A stretch of DNA of 64,000 nt. It comes from Octopus bimaculoides (lineage: Eukaryota). The position numbers and the translations under genes were made by a program. The stretch is taken from contig NC_069000.1 in assembly GCF_001194135.2 (NCBI RefSeq), positions 8,345,880-8,409,879 of the forward strand, in the 5' to 3' direction. Below the pieces are notes generated by a model. That model ran no database searches. It was not told the DNA's origin and worked only from the letters and a program-made list of their open reading frames with translations. Of this stretch, positions 13,401 through 27,608 are shown in pieces. Every line of letters begins with the position of its first letter. Position 1 is the stretch's first letter.

Positions 13401-16400
13401 TCTTTTACTTCTTTCAGTCATTTGACTGTGGCCCTGTTGGGGCACCACCTTGAAATTTTAATCGAATATATCGACTCCAGTACTTATTTTTTTAAAAGCC
13501 TGATACTCTATCGATCTCTGTTGCTGAACTGCTAAGTTATGGGGACATAAACACACCAGCACCGGTTGTCAAGCAGTAATGGAGAACAAACGCAGAAACG
13601 ATGACACACATACATAAATATATATATATATATANNNNNNNNNNNNNNNNNNNNNNNNNNNNNNNNNNNNNNNNNNNNNNNNNNNNNNNNNNNNNNNNNN
13701 NNNNNNNNNNNNNNNNNNNNNNNNNNNNNNNNNNNNNNNNNNNNNNNNNNNNNNNNNNNNNNNNNNNNNNNNNNNNNNNNNNNNNNNNNNNNNNNNNNNN
13801 NNNNNNNNNNNNNNNNNNNNNNNNNNNNNNNNNNNNNNNTCAGCTCAAGGCTATAGAGAAAAAACACTTGTCCAAGATGCCATGCAGTGGGACTGAACTC
13901 GGAAACATGTGGTTGGGAAGCAAGCTTCTTACCACACAACCACGCCTGCTTGATTCTTTTTTTTTTTAAATCTGAATCTTTATTTCTGTATATCTTGAAC
14001 AAGAAAGTTCAATTAGTAAATAGATTTGGCAAAAATTAATTTTTTAAAAATAAAACAGAGAAGGTAACAAACGTTTGGGAGACTGAGCTTTGATAGAGAA
14101 ATGGTGTTACTTACAACAGGTCCGAAGGCCCAATATCCAAAGACAACAATGAGGAAGGCCAAAAAGTCACAGACAAACATTGGTGCATATACATCGACAA
14201 CTGCATTGTAGGCAGAGTTGGTCATTTGGCGATAGAAATTCTGGAATGGTTTCATAACCGATACAAACCTGCAACATATAAGCAAACAATATTTACATCA
14301 TGCAATTATATGTTATACACACTGATATATTATAAGTACATGTGGGAGAGAGGTAAAACAGAGATGTTATAAATGTATACAAATGAAAACTTGGAAAGAA
14401 TTTATTCAATTGGCAACATGATCAAAAGTTCAAAACACTTCTTTTCCATCTTGCTTGGAACTTCTCTAATGATGATAACATGATAAAAATATCTCAGTCT
14501 ACATTCACATATATGCACAAGACCAAAGTCAGTTAGTTCTCTCAGATGCTGTGAATGCAAGATTACACAGGCTGTGACAACATATTCAGACGAAGCCAGC
14601 ATTGAATGATGGGTGTATGATGGTGATGGTGATGAGATGGGGCAAGGTGGAAAGAATAAAGGAAATTATTCAGGTGGGGATGAAACTGGATCTGCTGGAG
14701 GAACAAGAAATGAGACGTGACATCCAGGTTGTGAAAACAACAGCAATAAATTAATGTTAATTGGATCCACTTCAGTTTATTTATCAAAGAATCAACACAA
14801 CACCACATAAGAGATATTAAGAGGTATATATAAGGAAGAAGAAAAAAAGGATCTAGTGCCACCATTAATTTATACACATAAGAGGTTGCAGATTCAGCTA
14901 GGGACTTACCAAAGACTTCAGTGAGAAAAACCTAGACAACACAATAAAGAACCTAATGAAGGAGGCAAAAGTGTATAAAAAAAGTGTTGTGTGTCAGTCA
15001 AACAAAACTCTTATAAAAAGCTACCAAAACCTAAAATCCTTAATATACAGAGACAGACAGATGGGTAGGTAATGTTAAAAAATATCCCACACAAGTCAGG
15101 AGACATAGAAAAATAATAAAAGAAGATGTTATTCCCTTTACATTACAATCAATTAATTTCAAAGTATATTGTTACAAACAAAACATTTCAAAATACATTA
15201 TTACATATTCCAAAGTATCTTTATGTATATCCAAAACAAATTACTGCATTTCAAAATTACGTGTTCCAAAGTACATTTCTACATTTAAATAATTTCAAAA
15301 TTTATTATTAAACACTCCAAAGCACATAATTACAAAAGTACATAATTAAATATTACAAAGAACATAATTACAAACTGGTTTTGCATCTTACAGGAGATAT
15401 TCATTGCAGTGTGTGTCATTACACACATACATTGCAATGAATATCCAGTCAATGTTAAATTATGATAGGTGGTTAAATTTGACCTTCTTGAGACTAAAAC
15501 AAATCTGATAGGGTAAATGTTTGGCTGGACAACCTTCCTGTTCTTTTGTCATTCACTCTAGCTACACGTATATCACTTTATCTGTCTCTTTTAAACCTAA
15601 AAAGCACGGTCAGTTTATTTATATAAGCAAGTGTAGCTGGTGATAAGAAAATGAAGCAGGGGAAACCAGATAGAATGGTATATCTAAACCTATGGAATGT
15701 TAAATGTTGCAGTAACAGAGGAGGGTGGATACTGAAGGGGATGAGGGATTACCCGACACCGCAGACAAAATATCTTACCTTGTTTCAAGAACTGTCAAAA
15801 TACTGAAGAGCAAAAGCAAAGAAAATATCACAAACACAGAAGCAACAGCCATATGCAATGACTTTTTGGAAAGAGGTCAACAATAAACAATGCAAAGCTT
15901 TATTGAATGGTTACAAAATAAAATTTGTCAACACAATCATCATCTCTTTTCATCCATAAATTCATCTGCGTCATCGTTGTCATCCTGAATCTTCCACCCT
16001 TAACACCTACATTGTCAATCGCAACCAGAGACCCAGTTACATTCTTATTCTACCTAATCACATTAGTTCTTTTTTGCCTCAGATGGTCACATCTCTCCAC
16101 CATCTTCATATTAGGTTCCTGTACATTACTGCCTGTTGTAAATATTCAAGTACATCAGTCTGAAAGTACTTTCATAGACGTGGATAATTGCCATCCTTTG
16201 CCAACAGACTTGGCTCACATCCGGTTGTGGGAGAGGATGGCGTTTAAACAGCATCCCAGTTAATATTTAGCACATTTTTATTAAAATTAATTACTGTGTA
16301 ATTTGAAGCCTCATTATATGTAGGTGGATCTGTGTGATGAAGCCACTATTTAGCAGAGCTCTGTTAGTAAGGTATTTCCTTGTCAAAAGTATCCTAAGAA

Positions 16401-17833
16401 GAAGAAAGATTAGGGACACTATGGGATTTCTGAAAATGCTAGTGGGATAATAAGAAAGTCTATGAACCCCTTAGCATTCAGATTTCTTTGTCAAATCTAT
16501 TGCTTATTTATTCTCATGGTTTTGCTCCAGGATGGCCACAGTCAAATGACTGAAACAAGTAAAAGAGTAAAAGAGATAAAAGAGAAAATGTTTATTCAAA
16601 TACATCTTTATCTATCCTGAAATATAGTTGTTTTATTGTATCCCAAAACTGTCCTGAAAACTCTTTGTCTCATAATCCCAAAAGTTCACCTAAAGTGGCT
16701 TACAGACAAACTGAAATACACAGAATAACATAAGTAACTATAATGTGATGTGTAAAGCATATCCTCACCAGACAAAATGCAGAAACAATCCTAGCTTTAC
16801 CCATTCCCATTTATAACCACAAATTTCTTGGGAGAAAAACAAAACAAACTTCATTAATTTGCAATCCCTTCTGATGATTGTACTTCACGAAGGGTTTAAG
16901 AAAATCAAAATAAAAATCCTTACTTTTTCTTCTGTACAGTTTCTTCTGCAGGTTCAGGCTCCAGTGTGGTAATATGGGGACTGTTGTCCTTAGGGTCTTG
17001 AGTAACTATCATCTTCTTTTTCAAAGGAACATCAACTTCTGACTCCTGGCCAGCATCAAAGTCATATTCCTGCTTTTCGGGGACAGCAGCAGCAGTAGCA
17101 GCAGCAGCAGCAAACTTCCTTTCCTGTGAGAGACAAATAAACAACACCTAAAATCAGTGAAATTTCTGATGGATAAACCCAACATCACAAAGTGTTTCCA
17201 GCCCATAGCCAACTGTTGAATTCAGTCTTCCGATTCTCTTCNNNNNNNNNNNNNNNNNNNNNNNNNNNNNNNNNNNNNNNNNNNNNNNNNNNNNNNNNNN
17301 NNNNNNNNNNNNNNNNNNNNNNNNNNNNNNNNNNNNNNNNNNNNNNNNNNNNNNNNNNNNNNNNNNNNNNNNNNNNNNNNNNNNNNAAAATGGCATATAA
17401 ACCCCAGCACATCATGGAAGTCTGTCTTTCTTCTGATTCAAAGAAATCAGGAATCATTAGGTAAAAAGTAAAGGTAAAGTTACCTTCTCGAACCATACTG
17501 ACTCACAAGGACCAGTTTCCCAGTTTCATGGCATATATATTCATTCCCCACCTGGATGGGATGCCAGTCCATCACAGGCTTACTCACTTTTGCCAACTGA
17601 ATGGAACAACATGAAATGAAGTGTCTTTGCTCAAGAACACAACACATTGTCTGTTCCAGGAACTGAAACCACAATCTGACAATCAGGAGTCCAACATGCT
17701 AACCACTAAGACTGCCATTGTTGCAATAACTCCTCCCATATAAAAATACACCTCATGTTCATCAGTGATAAGGGGACAAACAAACACAAAGATACACATA
17801 CGTAGATATATACATACACACACACCAATATAT

Positions 17834-17875
<42 letters not shown>

Positions 17876-19545
17876 CAGTGTCACTGAGAAAATTTAAAAA
17901 GCAAAGTGATTTACTCACATCATGCATCTGTGGAGATGCTGGAGGACTTAGTTCCTTTCCTTCGGCTTTTGCCAGATCAGCTGTGATGTCTTCAGCATCT
18001 TTCCACAAGCCATAACGCTACAACACAGCAATTCATTTAATTAGATACATGTTTTTATTGCAGCACAAACTGAGTCGTCTTGTTCATGGAGCCAACATTC
18101 AATATAAATTATGAATTTTTAATCGAAGCAAACAGAAATCTAAATGCTTTTTTAATTGCTTTTAAATGCTTTTTTTATGATGAATTTTCCTTTACAGTGA
18201 AATTTCTTAAGGTGAATTTTCTAGACATGGAAACAAAGTATGAGTGAAAGTGTGAAGAAATGCGTGTTATTTATCAAAGTCCTCTTGGTGACTGCATTCT
18301 ACAATAGACCTCCCATATACACACATTTGCTGTAATCCAGTAGAATAAGAGGAATAAATCAAGAATGTCACATACCTTCAAAATGGTTCTGTGTATAAAG
18401 AGAACTAAAAGCAAGGCAAGATCATACATTGCATAGTAATCTTGCTTCTCAATACCCAAGATTCGTGGTGGCCAAAATGGATTGTTTTTCCAGTTTTTAG
18501 AATTGTCGTCATCATTCCAAGGAAAGAATGTAAACTGGAACAAGTATTTTAATACGACTATAGCCTGGAAGTAAGAAGAAAAAACCCCATTTAAATCTCA
18601 CTGTAACTGACTTAAATAAGTGATAACAAAATTAAATCTAATGTGCATTTGTCATTCTGGAAACAGAACTAATACAATACAGGATTATAAAAGTCAAACT
18701 TATTCACTATTTCATCAACCCTGAAGGGATGAAAAGCAAAGTCAGCCTTGGTGGAATTTGAACACAGAATGTAAAGACGGACGAAATATGGCCAAGCATT
18801 TTGCCTGGCATGCTAGCAATTCTGCCAGCTTGTTGTTTTAGTAATTATAATAATAATAATAATAATAATCCTTTTTCCTGGAGGCACAAGGCCTCAGATT
18901 TAGCAGGAGGGGACTAGTCAATCATATCGACCCCAATGTTTCACTGGTGCTTGATTTATTGACCCATAAAGCAACAAAGGCAAAGTCGAACTTGGCGAAA
19001 TTTGAAATATAACAACAACAACAATAATAATAAAAATAATAATGATAATTATCTACCTCAGTATAGGTGATAACGGTGACCCAGAATGTCTTGGATGGTC
19101 GAGGAACAGATAGCATTCCCCAGAGAAAGACCATAATTGGCAGAGGCATGGAGAGCAGACTAGCAGACATCATTTGGTTGAGAACGATGAGAAAATAGCA
19201 AACCAACTCGGAGCGAGAGATGAGCATGTAATAGTAAGCTACGAGTAATCTGTAGAACACTGGCTGGGCTAACTCGAATTCATTTTCTTCTTCAGCATTG
19301 TCAATGTCTTGCAAACTGGAAAAAATATGGAAAAAAAGAAATAATCAAAAACTCATCACTATTGAATAAAATTATCATTAGGCTGTGTGGTAAGTAGCTG
19401 TGGTAAGTAGCTTGCTTACGAACCACATGGTTCCGGGTTCAGTCCCACTGCGTGGCACTTTGGGTAAGTGTTTTCTACTATAGCCTCGGGCCGACCAAAA
19501 CCTTGTGACTGGATTTAGTAGATGGAAACAAAAAGAAGCCTGTCG

Positions 19546-19583
<38 letters not shown>

Positions 19584-21496
19584 TATGTTTGTGTGTATGT
19601 TTGTCCCCCCAACATCACTTGACAACCGATGCTGTTGTGTTTACGTCCCTGTAACTTAGCAGTTCGGCAAAAGAGACCGATAGAATAAGTACTAGGCTTA
19701 CAAAGAATAAGTCCTGGGGTCGATTTGCTCGACTAAAGGCGGTGCTCCAGCATTGCCGCAGTCAAATGACTGAAACCAGTAAAAGAGAGTAAAAGAGAGT
19801 AAAAAGATGATTAAACATTTGAAATAAGCCATTAAACATTTAACTTATTTTCTAGCATACAAATCAATTCTAGTAAATAGTGTAAACATGTAAGATAAAC
19901 ATTCAAATGTCGTCACTATTTTTCCTAATCCTGCTGCATTTCACATGGAATTTTTGGTCCTTCAACCATTGTCTTGGTGTTTAAGTCGACTGTAAATTTG
20001 GGTCAGAAATATTCAACTGGTATGTTGGAAAATACAGTATTAACCAATTAACAAAGAGAAAGTCTTCTTTCCCATTTAAAAAAGCAAAAGAAAAAACAGT
20101 TGAACATAGAAGAGGAGATGGAAAATGCTTAATACTAATAAAGACATGTAATAAAGGCACATGTATGGAAAAGACTTGTGAATCAAATACTGGGTACTGC
20201 TCTGGATTTTAATTTTATACTGGCAAAAGAGACAGTAATAAATCCAGTAATGTGCACAACTCTTCTATAATAATATTTTGTTGTATACCCAATTGTATAT
20301 TAGCTAATAACCCATTTTCTGTAGCGATGTTTGAACAAAAATTTTAATAATTTTATATTTTGTTGAATTTACCTGTATTTACCTGTAATTAAAGTCACTT
20401 TGTGACAAAAATTTTGGTATAGAATTGGTTGAGAACCTTTCGTTAATTTATCTTCCAAAAATCACATTAATATGTTGATAAATAAAAAAGTTAGAGTTGT
20501 TTAATGAAACCAGCCTAAATTTATGATTATGTTAGAAATTAATTGAAACACATAAGGGGTGTAATTTGGTTAGAAATATGGTAACGAAAGGGTTAAAGCG
20601 TGGACTGAATGCTTTTTATGTGGCATCAGTATCCGTAGGGTCACCAAGTAACATTGGAAGCGGGGATCTTGAGTCAGACAATGAAAGGTTAGAGCTAAAC
20701 AGGTGTCTAGCTATAGTGGAGGTCCATGGTTACCCAGAGAGAGAGAGAGAGAGAGGGAGGGAGAAGAGAGGAGGGAGGGAGGATGAGAGAGAGGGGAAAT
20801 AGAGAAAGAGGACAGAAACAGGGGTGCTGATGTAGGAGATACTTGATTACTTAGTCAGAGGGAAGAGCAAGGGAAAGAGAGAGAGAAAGTGAGAAGGAGT
20901 AGAAAACAGCAAAAGTGCAAGAGAGAACAGGGGAGAGATGGCGGCGAAGTTCCGGGGTATACTCACAAGTAATGGAATAGAAAATTTGCTGAAGAGGTCA
21001 CAGTTGTGTGATGAAAGTTTTCCAGACAATGGACAAGATAAAATAAGAACAATAATATATGAGTGAAGAGTGAATACATAGTGCATGTGTTTATTTGGCA
21101 AGGAAAAAAATGACCATCCTGAAATATAGGTTATCCTATATCTAAATTACATATAACAGTTATCCTGTATATATATTATATATAACAGTTATCCAATATA
21201 TATCATACATGGAGGTACCCAAAAGTAACTGGAAACGTTCTCTGTGTGACAAGCCTGTAGTAAGTTCAGTAATCCAATATTTATTATATATAGCAGTAAT
21301 CTAATACATATATATAGCAGTTATCCAATATATATTATATATAGCAGTCATCCAATATATATATATATATCTAGCAGTAATCCAATATGTATTATATATA
21401 GCAGTAATCCAATATGTATTATATATAGCAGTTACCCAATATATATATATAGCAGTTATCCAATATTTATTATATGTAGCAGTAATCAAATATTCA

Positions 21497-21557
<61 letters not shown>

Positions 21558-24500
21558 CAGTTACTCTAACTTGCATAACTTTTCTATTTAGTGGTGGTAT
21601 TGACCTCTTTTTTCTCTCTTAGTCTAACAGACTATGGCAAACCACTGGCCCCCACAAAACACAAGACAATGCCTATTGCAAAGTTCAAATGCCAATCGTG
21701 TGTGTGCATGTGTGTGTGTGTGTGAAATACTTACTTTGTCTTGGTGAAAGACTTTCTGATATCAGTTTCTTGCGGAGTGTCTACTTCCACTGCTATTTTG
21801 TTAACGCCGCTGCAAGAGACAAAAGAGATTAACAAGCCATTTCATACATTCTCAACACTGTACAAAAGTTTATTTTAATCTTTACTGGTTTACCTGTAGC
21901 ACAGTTTGAACTTTTATCAGTCATTGATTGCTACCTGAAACACACCCACTCAATGAATACAACAAGAAGTTTTACATATTGTAAGCTAAAGCAATTACAG
22001 AAATTGCAGCTTAAGGTTCTTATATTCAATTATCAGAGATGGTAACTTCACTTATATCTATTTCTTGTTTCAGTCATTGAACTGCAGCCATTCTAGGGCA
22101 CTGCCTTAAAAGGTTTACAGTTCTATATTTGAGAGATGAGGAATTAAGTACATTATTTACATTTGACAGATACATCCACGGGCATATGGCATAGGGGTTA
22201 AGAGCGCAGGCTACAATGTGTTTATGAGTGTAACACCTAAGCTCCATGCAGCTCCAGCAGAAGGTAATGGCAAACTTATGCTGACTCTTTCGCCACAACT
22301 TTCTCTCACTCTTTCCTCCTGCATCTAGCAGCTAACCTGTGATGGACCGGCATCCCGTCCAGGTGGGGAACCCATATGCCAATGAAAACAGGAAACTGGC
22401 CTTTATGAGCCAGGTATGACTCGATAAGGAACAAACAACAACAACAATTTATCTGGCCCTGTCTATTAATAATTACTGTTATTTATTGGTGTTCTGCTCA
22501 ATTAGGTAAGTTATTTGTAACAAGAATTATGGTTATTGTTACAAATACAATGTTATCTTCATATAAAAAAAAACGGAAAAAAATTAATATATCTCTTACA
22601 TGTCTTCTGCTGCTCTGGTAACAGCTTCTTTGGAATCAACAGTAGTTATTCCTTCTTCCATTGCCGATAAGGATAAAAATGTCAACTTCTCAGCCTGAAA
22701 GAAAAAGGGAAAAAAACAAGTTTTTTTTAATAATAATAATAATAATAATAATGAACTTATTGTATACAGGGCTCAGATGGCTAGACAGTTTTACAAGATC
22801 TAACAAATCAGAAAGCCGACTAAGAAATAATATATGTGACACATATAAAGCACCTATGCTGCCACCACATAAAAAGCACCTAGTACACTCTGTAAAGTGG
22901 TTGGTGTTAGGAAGGGCATCCAGCCATAGAAACCATGTGAACAACTGGAGCCAGGTGCAGTTCTTTGAGTTGTGAGCTCCTGTCAAACTGTTCAACTCAT
23001 GCCAGTGTGGAAAATGGATGTCAAATGATGATGATGGTAATGGAATACATGTTAATATAACCAATACGTGGAGTATTACAAAACATTGAAAATAAAAAAA
23101 GAAACTAACCTGTATTTTCAACTTCTCTTTCCTCATGTCATCAGTCAAAGTATAAGCGACACGTCGATAATTCCTAGATATTCTATTGAAGAATTTAATA
23201 AGCCAATTAGCCATACTAACTAGGATAGCGATGAACAAACTGAAGCTATTGGAAATCTTTGAGCAGAGAGACTCTGGAAAGAAAGGATACAGAAAATCAA
23301 GTCACCATCTTATTCAGCAATTCCATTTCTCTTCACATAAATAATAAGCTCCTTTTAGTTTACAAAAAGTATCTATTATCTATAGACATACAATCTATAC
23401 AGTAAACGTGATGTGGATGTGTGTGTTCGTATTCGTTTTTTTGTTTCAGTCATTTGACTGCAGCCATGCTGGAGCACCACCTTTAGTTCAACAAATCAAC
23501 TCCAAGGACTTTCAAGTTGCTCAAATCCTCTAGCCTGGTAAAAATGAGTAGTGCTTGTATTTCAAAGGGTCAGCCTTGTCACATTCTGTGTCATGCTGAA
23601 TCTCCCTGAGAACTATGTTAAGTCCAAGCAAGGTTGCATATGGAAAACCAGTAGTCGTCCATGTATACCAGCCTTCCTTTTCCACACTACCAATGTTATC
23701 CAAGGGAAAGGCAAAGGCTTGGCACCAGTGATGCTGTAACTCATTGCTACAGCTGAGTAAACTGGAGCAATGTGAAATAAAGTGTTTTTTTGTCAAGAAC
23801 ACAATACATAACCTGGTCCAGGAATCGAACTCACTACCTCATTATTCTGAGCCTGATGCTCTAACCAGACTTAAAAGTAAGTACTGGGGTAGGTTTGTTT
23901 GATTAAAACACTTCCAAGTAGTGCCCTAGGATGGCTGTAATCCAATGACTGAAACACGTAAAAGATAAAAAGACCTACAATTAAAATATCAAATAAACTG
24001 CAACAAACCTTTAGGTTTAGTAGTTTCTTCATCTTCAACCTTATCAACAGAAGTTCCCATGACGATGGCGACGTGTTTCTGAAATGAAACATGGAAAGAT
24101 TGAAAGGGATTTGTGTGAAATATTTACAATAACAATAATAGATGCCAAATATAACTGCAGAAATATAACCGAATTCAGCCAAACAGTGTACTTAATTGCA
24201 ACAAAAGCTGAAGTAGTGTTATGGTAAGTAACAACTGTTTAACCAGTTTCTATATCTGAGAGATGAGGAATTGTGTACACATTAACAACAAACAAGATGA
24301 GGACAAATATCTGTCTAATGTAAATAATGAACTGTTTAACCATTTAGCATTTAAACCAGCCATACCAGGTCCAAATATTCTACCTGTTTTATGTTCAAAT
24401 TGGCCAGATCTGGCCTCTCACATCTATCCTACACAGTGTCATTCTAAAAATAAACAATCACATTATCAAAATCTTGAAGCTACAAGAAAATTCATGATTC

Positions 24501-25756
24501 AAAACACTGCAAAGCATTGCGTTTGACAGAGTATCCGAATGCTAAAGGGTTAAAACAGGAAATGACAGATTTATTAAAAGAAAGAGAAGCTATAAAATAG
24601 ATAACCTTCCATCATCTCTGATTTACTTACATCACCTGATGGTGTAGAGTCGTGTTGACTTACTGGTTGGTCTGTTTCTTCTCTTGCCTTCTCCAGAGCT
24701 GTGTCAGTTCCTGAGTCGATAGCAGTGGACAACAGCTAAGATGTAGCAAACAAAGAGATGGTGTTAATGAGATTCAAATGAGTTATAAAGCAAAATATCA
24801 CTTCTGTTTCATATATAAAGTAGTTTCAAGGACACTATTCTGAAATGATGATGTGGGCATGCATTAGTATTTTTACATATGCATTCTCAGTTTGTTTCAA
24901 CCACTAGAGTAACTTGGGATTTATGAAAGGAAAGTTATATATTACTCAGAACATGTGAAACAAGGGCCAACTAAAAGTCTGGAAACAAACATGGACATTT
25001 AGGATTAAAACTGACGAAAATGTTTTGGACAAAAAGGGTTAAGCAGAAATTCTCACCTGAAGTGGCCCCAATGCTTTATCTTCACTGCCACTCCGTTCTG
25101 ACCGACCAATATTCAAAGAAGTGGTTGGGCCCTGATCTGGGCTTTCAGGTACCTCTTCTGTTTCATCTTCAAATAAATAATAGTCCCCAGAACGGATAGC
25201 TGAAAAAGAAGATAGTGCAAAGTGAAGGACTGTAAACAGCAGAGTCAAAAATTAAGTCAATAAGATACAATTAGAAAAGAGAAAAAGCTGAAACTAAAAT
25301 CACAAAATTTGATTCTTAAAGATATCACACTTCAAAAATGAAAACACAAAAACTGTAAGCCCACATAACTAGAAACTTAAAACTGTAGATGAATGTAATT
25401 GACAGTAATACATGACTCAAATGGGTCATGCTCTACTGATCTGAATGTAAGGACAGCAAAACCCATCTAAGAGAAAGTGTCATCAGTGGAACAACACAAC
25501 AAGAATAGAAAAATACCTTGGAAATGTTCGTCGGGTTCATGGAAGCTCTTCTTCAGTCCTGCTTGCTTAGCTTTCAAATGCTCCATCTTTTTTTTGATGG
25601 TATACAACACTTCAGTTTCTCTCTCTTTCTGAAGCAGCACTTCTCTGATCAGTATACGATTGATCAGTTCAGCTCCCCTGGACACAATAAGTGGGTTCAT
25701 TTAGTGATTAACCAGTAATAGACAAAGTGAGGAGATGGAGAGAGTAGAAAAGAACT

Positions 25757-25792
<36 letters not shown>

Positions 25793-26230
25793 AATGGTTT
25801 CAAATTTTGCCACAGGAGTAGCAATTTTAGGGGAGGGGATGAGTCGATCACAAAAACAAACAAATAAAGAACAGTGAATACAAACAAACCTGGATGCCAA
25901 TCGTCTTTGAGCTTCCAGTTCTGCTACAATATGACGGAAATAATGGGAGCTGTACACTCTTCGTTGCAGAAGAAGGAAAGCAAAGCAGATCACATCCCAT
26001 CCCAGACCATTTTTGTCTGCTTCACAATTACCATGTTGCTCTACAAAACAGGGATTTTTATTTGCTTATTCNNNNNNNNNNNNNNNNNNNNNNNNNNNNN
26101 NNNNNNNNNNNNNNNNNNNNNNNNNNNNNNNNNNNNNNNNNNNNNNNNNNNNNNNNNNNNNNNNNNNNNNNNNNNNNNNNNNNNNNNNNNNNNNNNNNNN
26201 NNNNNNNNNNNNNNNNNNNNNNNNNNNNNN

Positions 26231-26267
<37 letters not shown>

Positions 26268-26549
26268 CTTCTAGCAGTACACCATTTACATTTTAAATCT
26301 ACTATTTTTATAGGTCAGATCTTCACTATTTTACACACACACACATCTTAACTCTGAACCTGCCAATAAACTCTAGTGTTTCCCAATCGCTGTCTCCACT
26401 GAGTATTTATCTTCGGCACATAAAAGACACCATTTCGAGTGTGGCCGTTGCCAGTACCGCCTGACTGGCCTTCGTGCGGGTGACACGTAAAAGCACCCAC
26501 TACACTCTCTGAGTGGTTGGCGTTAGGAAGGACATCCAGCTGTAGAAAC

Positions 26550-26588
<39 letters not shown>

Positions 26589-27571
26589 ACATTCAGCTAC
26601 TTAATTCTGTTCTACACAGAATTATGGGCAGCACTAAGTGACACACAAAAGGCATGTATGCCAGTGACCTTTAAAAGGCACCCATGGCAGTACACTTAAA
26701 AAGCACCTGTGCCAGTGACACATAACCTACACCCAGTACACCCTATGGAGTGATTGGTGTTAGGGAGGGCATCCAACCTTAGAAGCCAAACCAATACAGA
26801 CAGGGGCCTGGTGCAGCTCTCCAGCTCACCAGTTCTAGTCAAACCGTCCAACCCATGCCAGCATGGAAAATGGACGCTAAATGATGATGATGATGATGAT
26901 GTGTTTCCATGGCTACAAAAGAAATTCTGAAACTTCAACACACTTTGCAATAAAGCCTTTTTTCCTTCATGCTTTCCATTTTGGTCTTGTCTTTCTTCTT
27001 CTCCACATATTCATGTCATATTGCGTGCATCTTCTTCATTATCCTTCCATTTAAAATTCTAATTTCTAACCTCCCCCACACACATACCATGATTGATCTA
27101 GAAATGATTATCTCTCTTATAATAACTGCTGCCAGGGTGCACCACACGACATAATTTGTGTTTTGATAGTAACAACCATATGAACAACAATAGACTAACC
27201 TTTTGGGAAACTATTCAGACAAGTAATACCGAATAACTTTACGGCCCAACAATGGGCAATTCCAACACCATCCATATAAACGCAACCAACAAGCTGAAAA
27301 GAAAAAAAAAAATAATAATAATAATAATAATAAACAGTTGATCATGACTGTGAAATTCAAAAGAAACAAGGATATTTTTGAAAAAAAGTTTTATTCTAAA
27401 AAAAAAAAGTTTTATTTTAAAAAGTTTTGTAGGAGTGGCTGTGTGGTAAGTAGCTTGCTTCCCAACCACATGGTTCCGGGCTCAGTCCCACTGCATGGCA
27501 CCTTGGGCAAGTGTCTTCTACTATAGCCTCGGGCCAACCAATAGGAATCTATTATCTTTCTTCTTCTTTGC

Positions 27572-27608
<37 letters not shown>

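Noticed and set aside
14568-14696. Pyrimidine tract with tandem cagcag acceptor and a His-rich frame
   Set aside because: The required phase-2 frame stops after 7 codons, and the His run comes from a (GAT/GGT) microsatellite.
23239-23273. Alternative downstream acceptor in exon 23110-23273
   Set aside because: A 34-nt shift would break the frame relative to the upstream exon.
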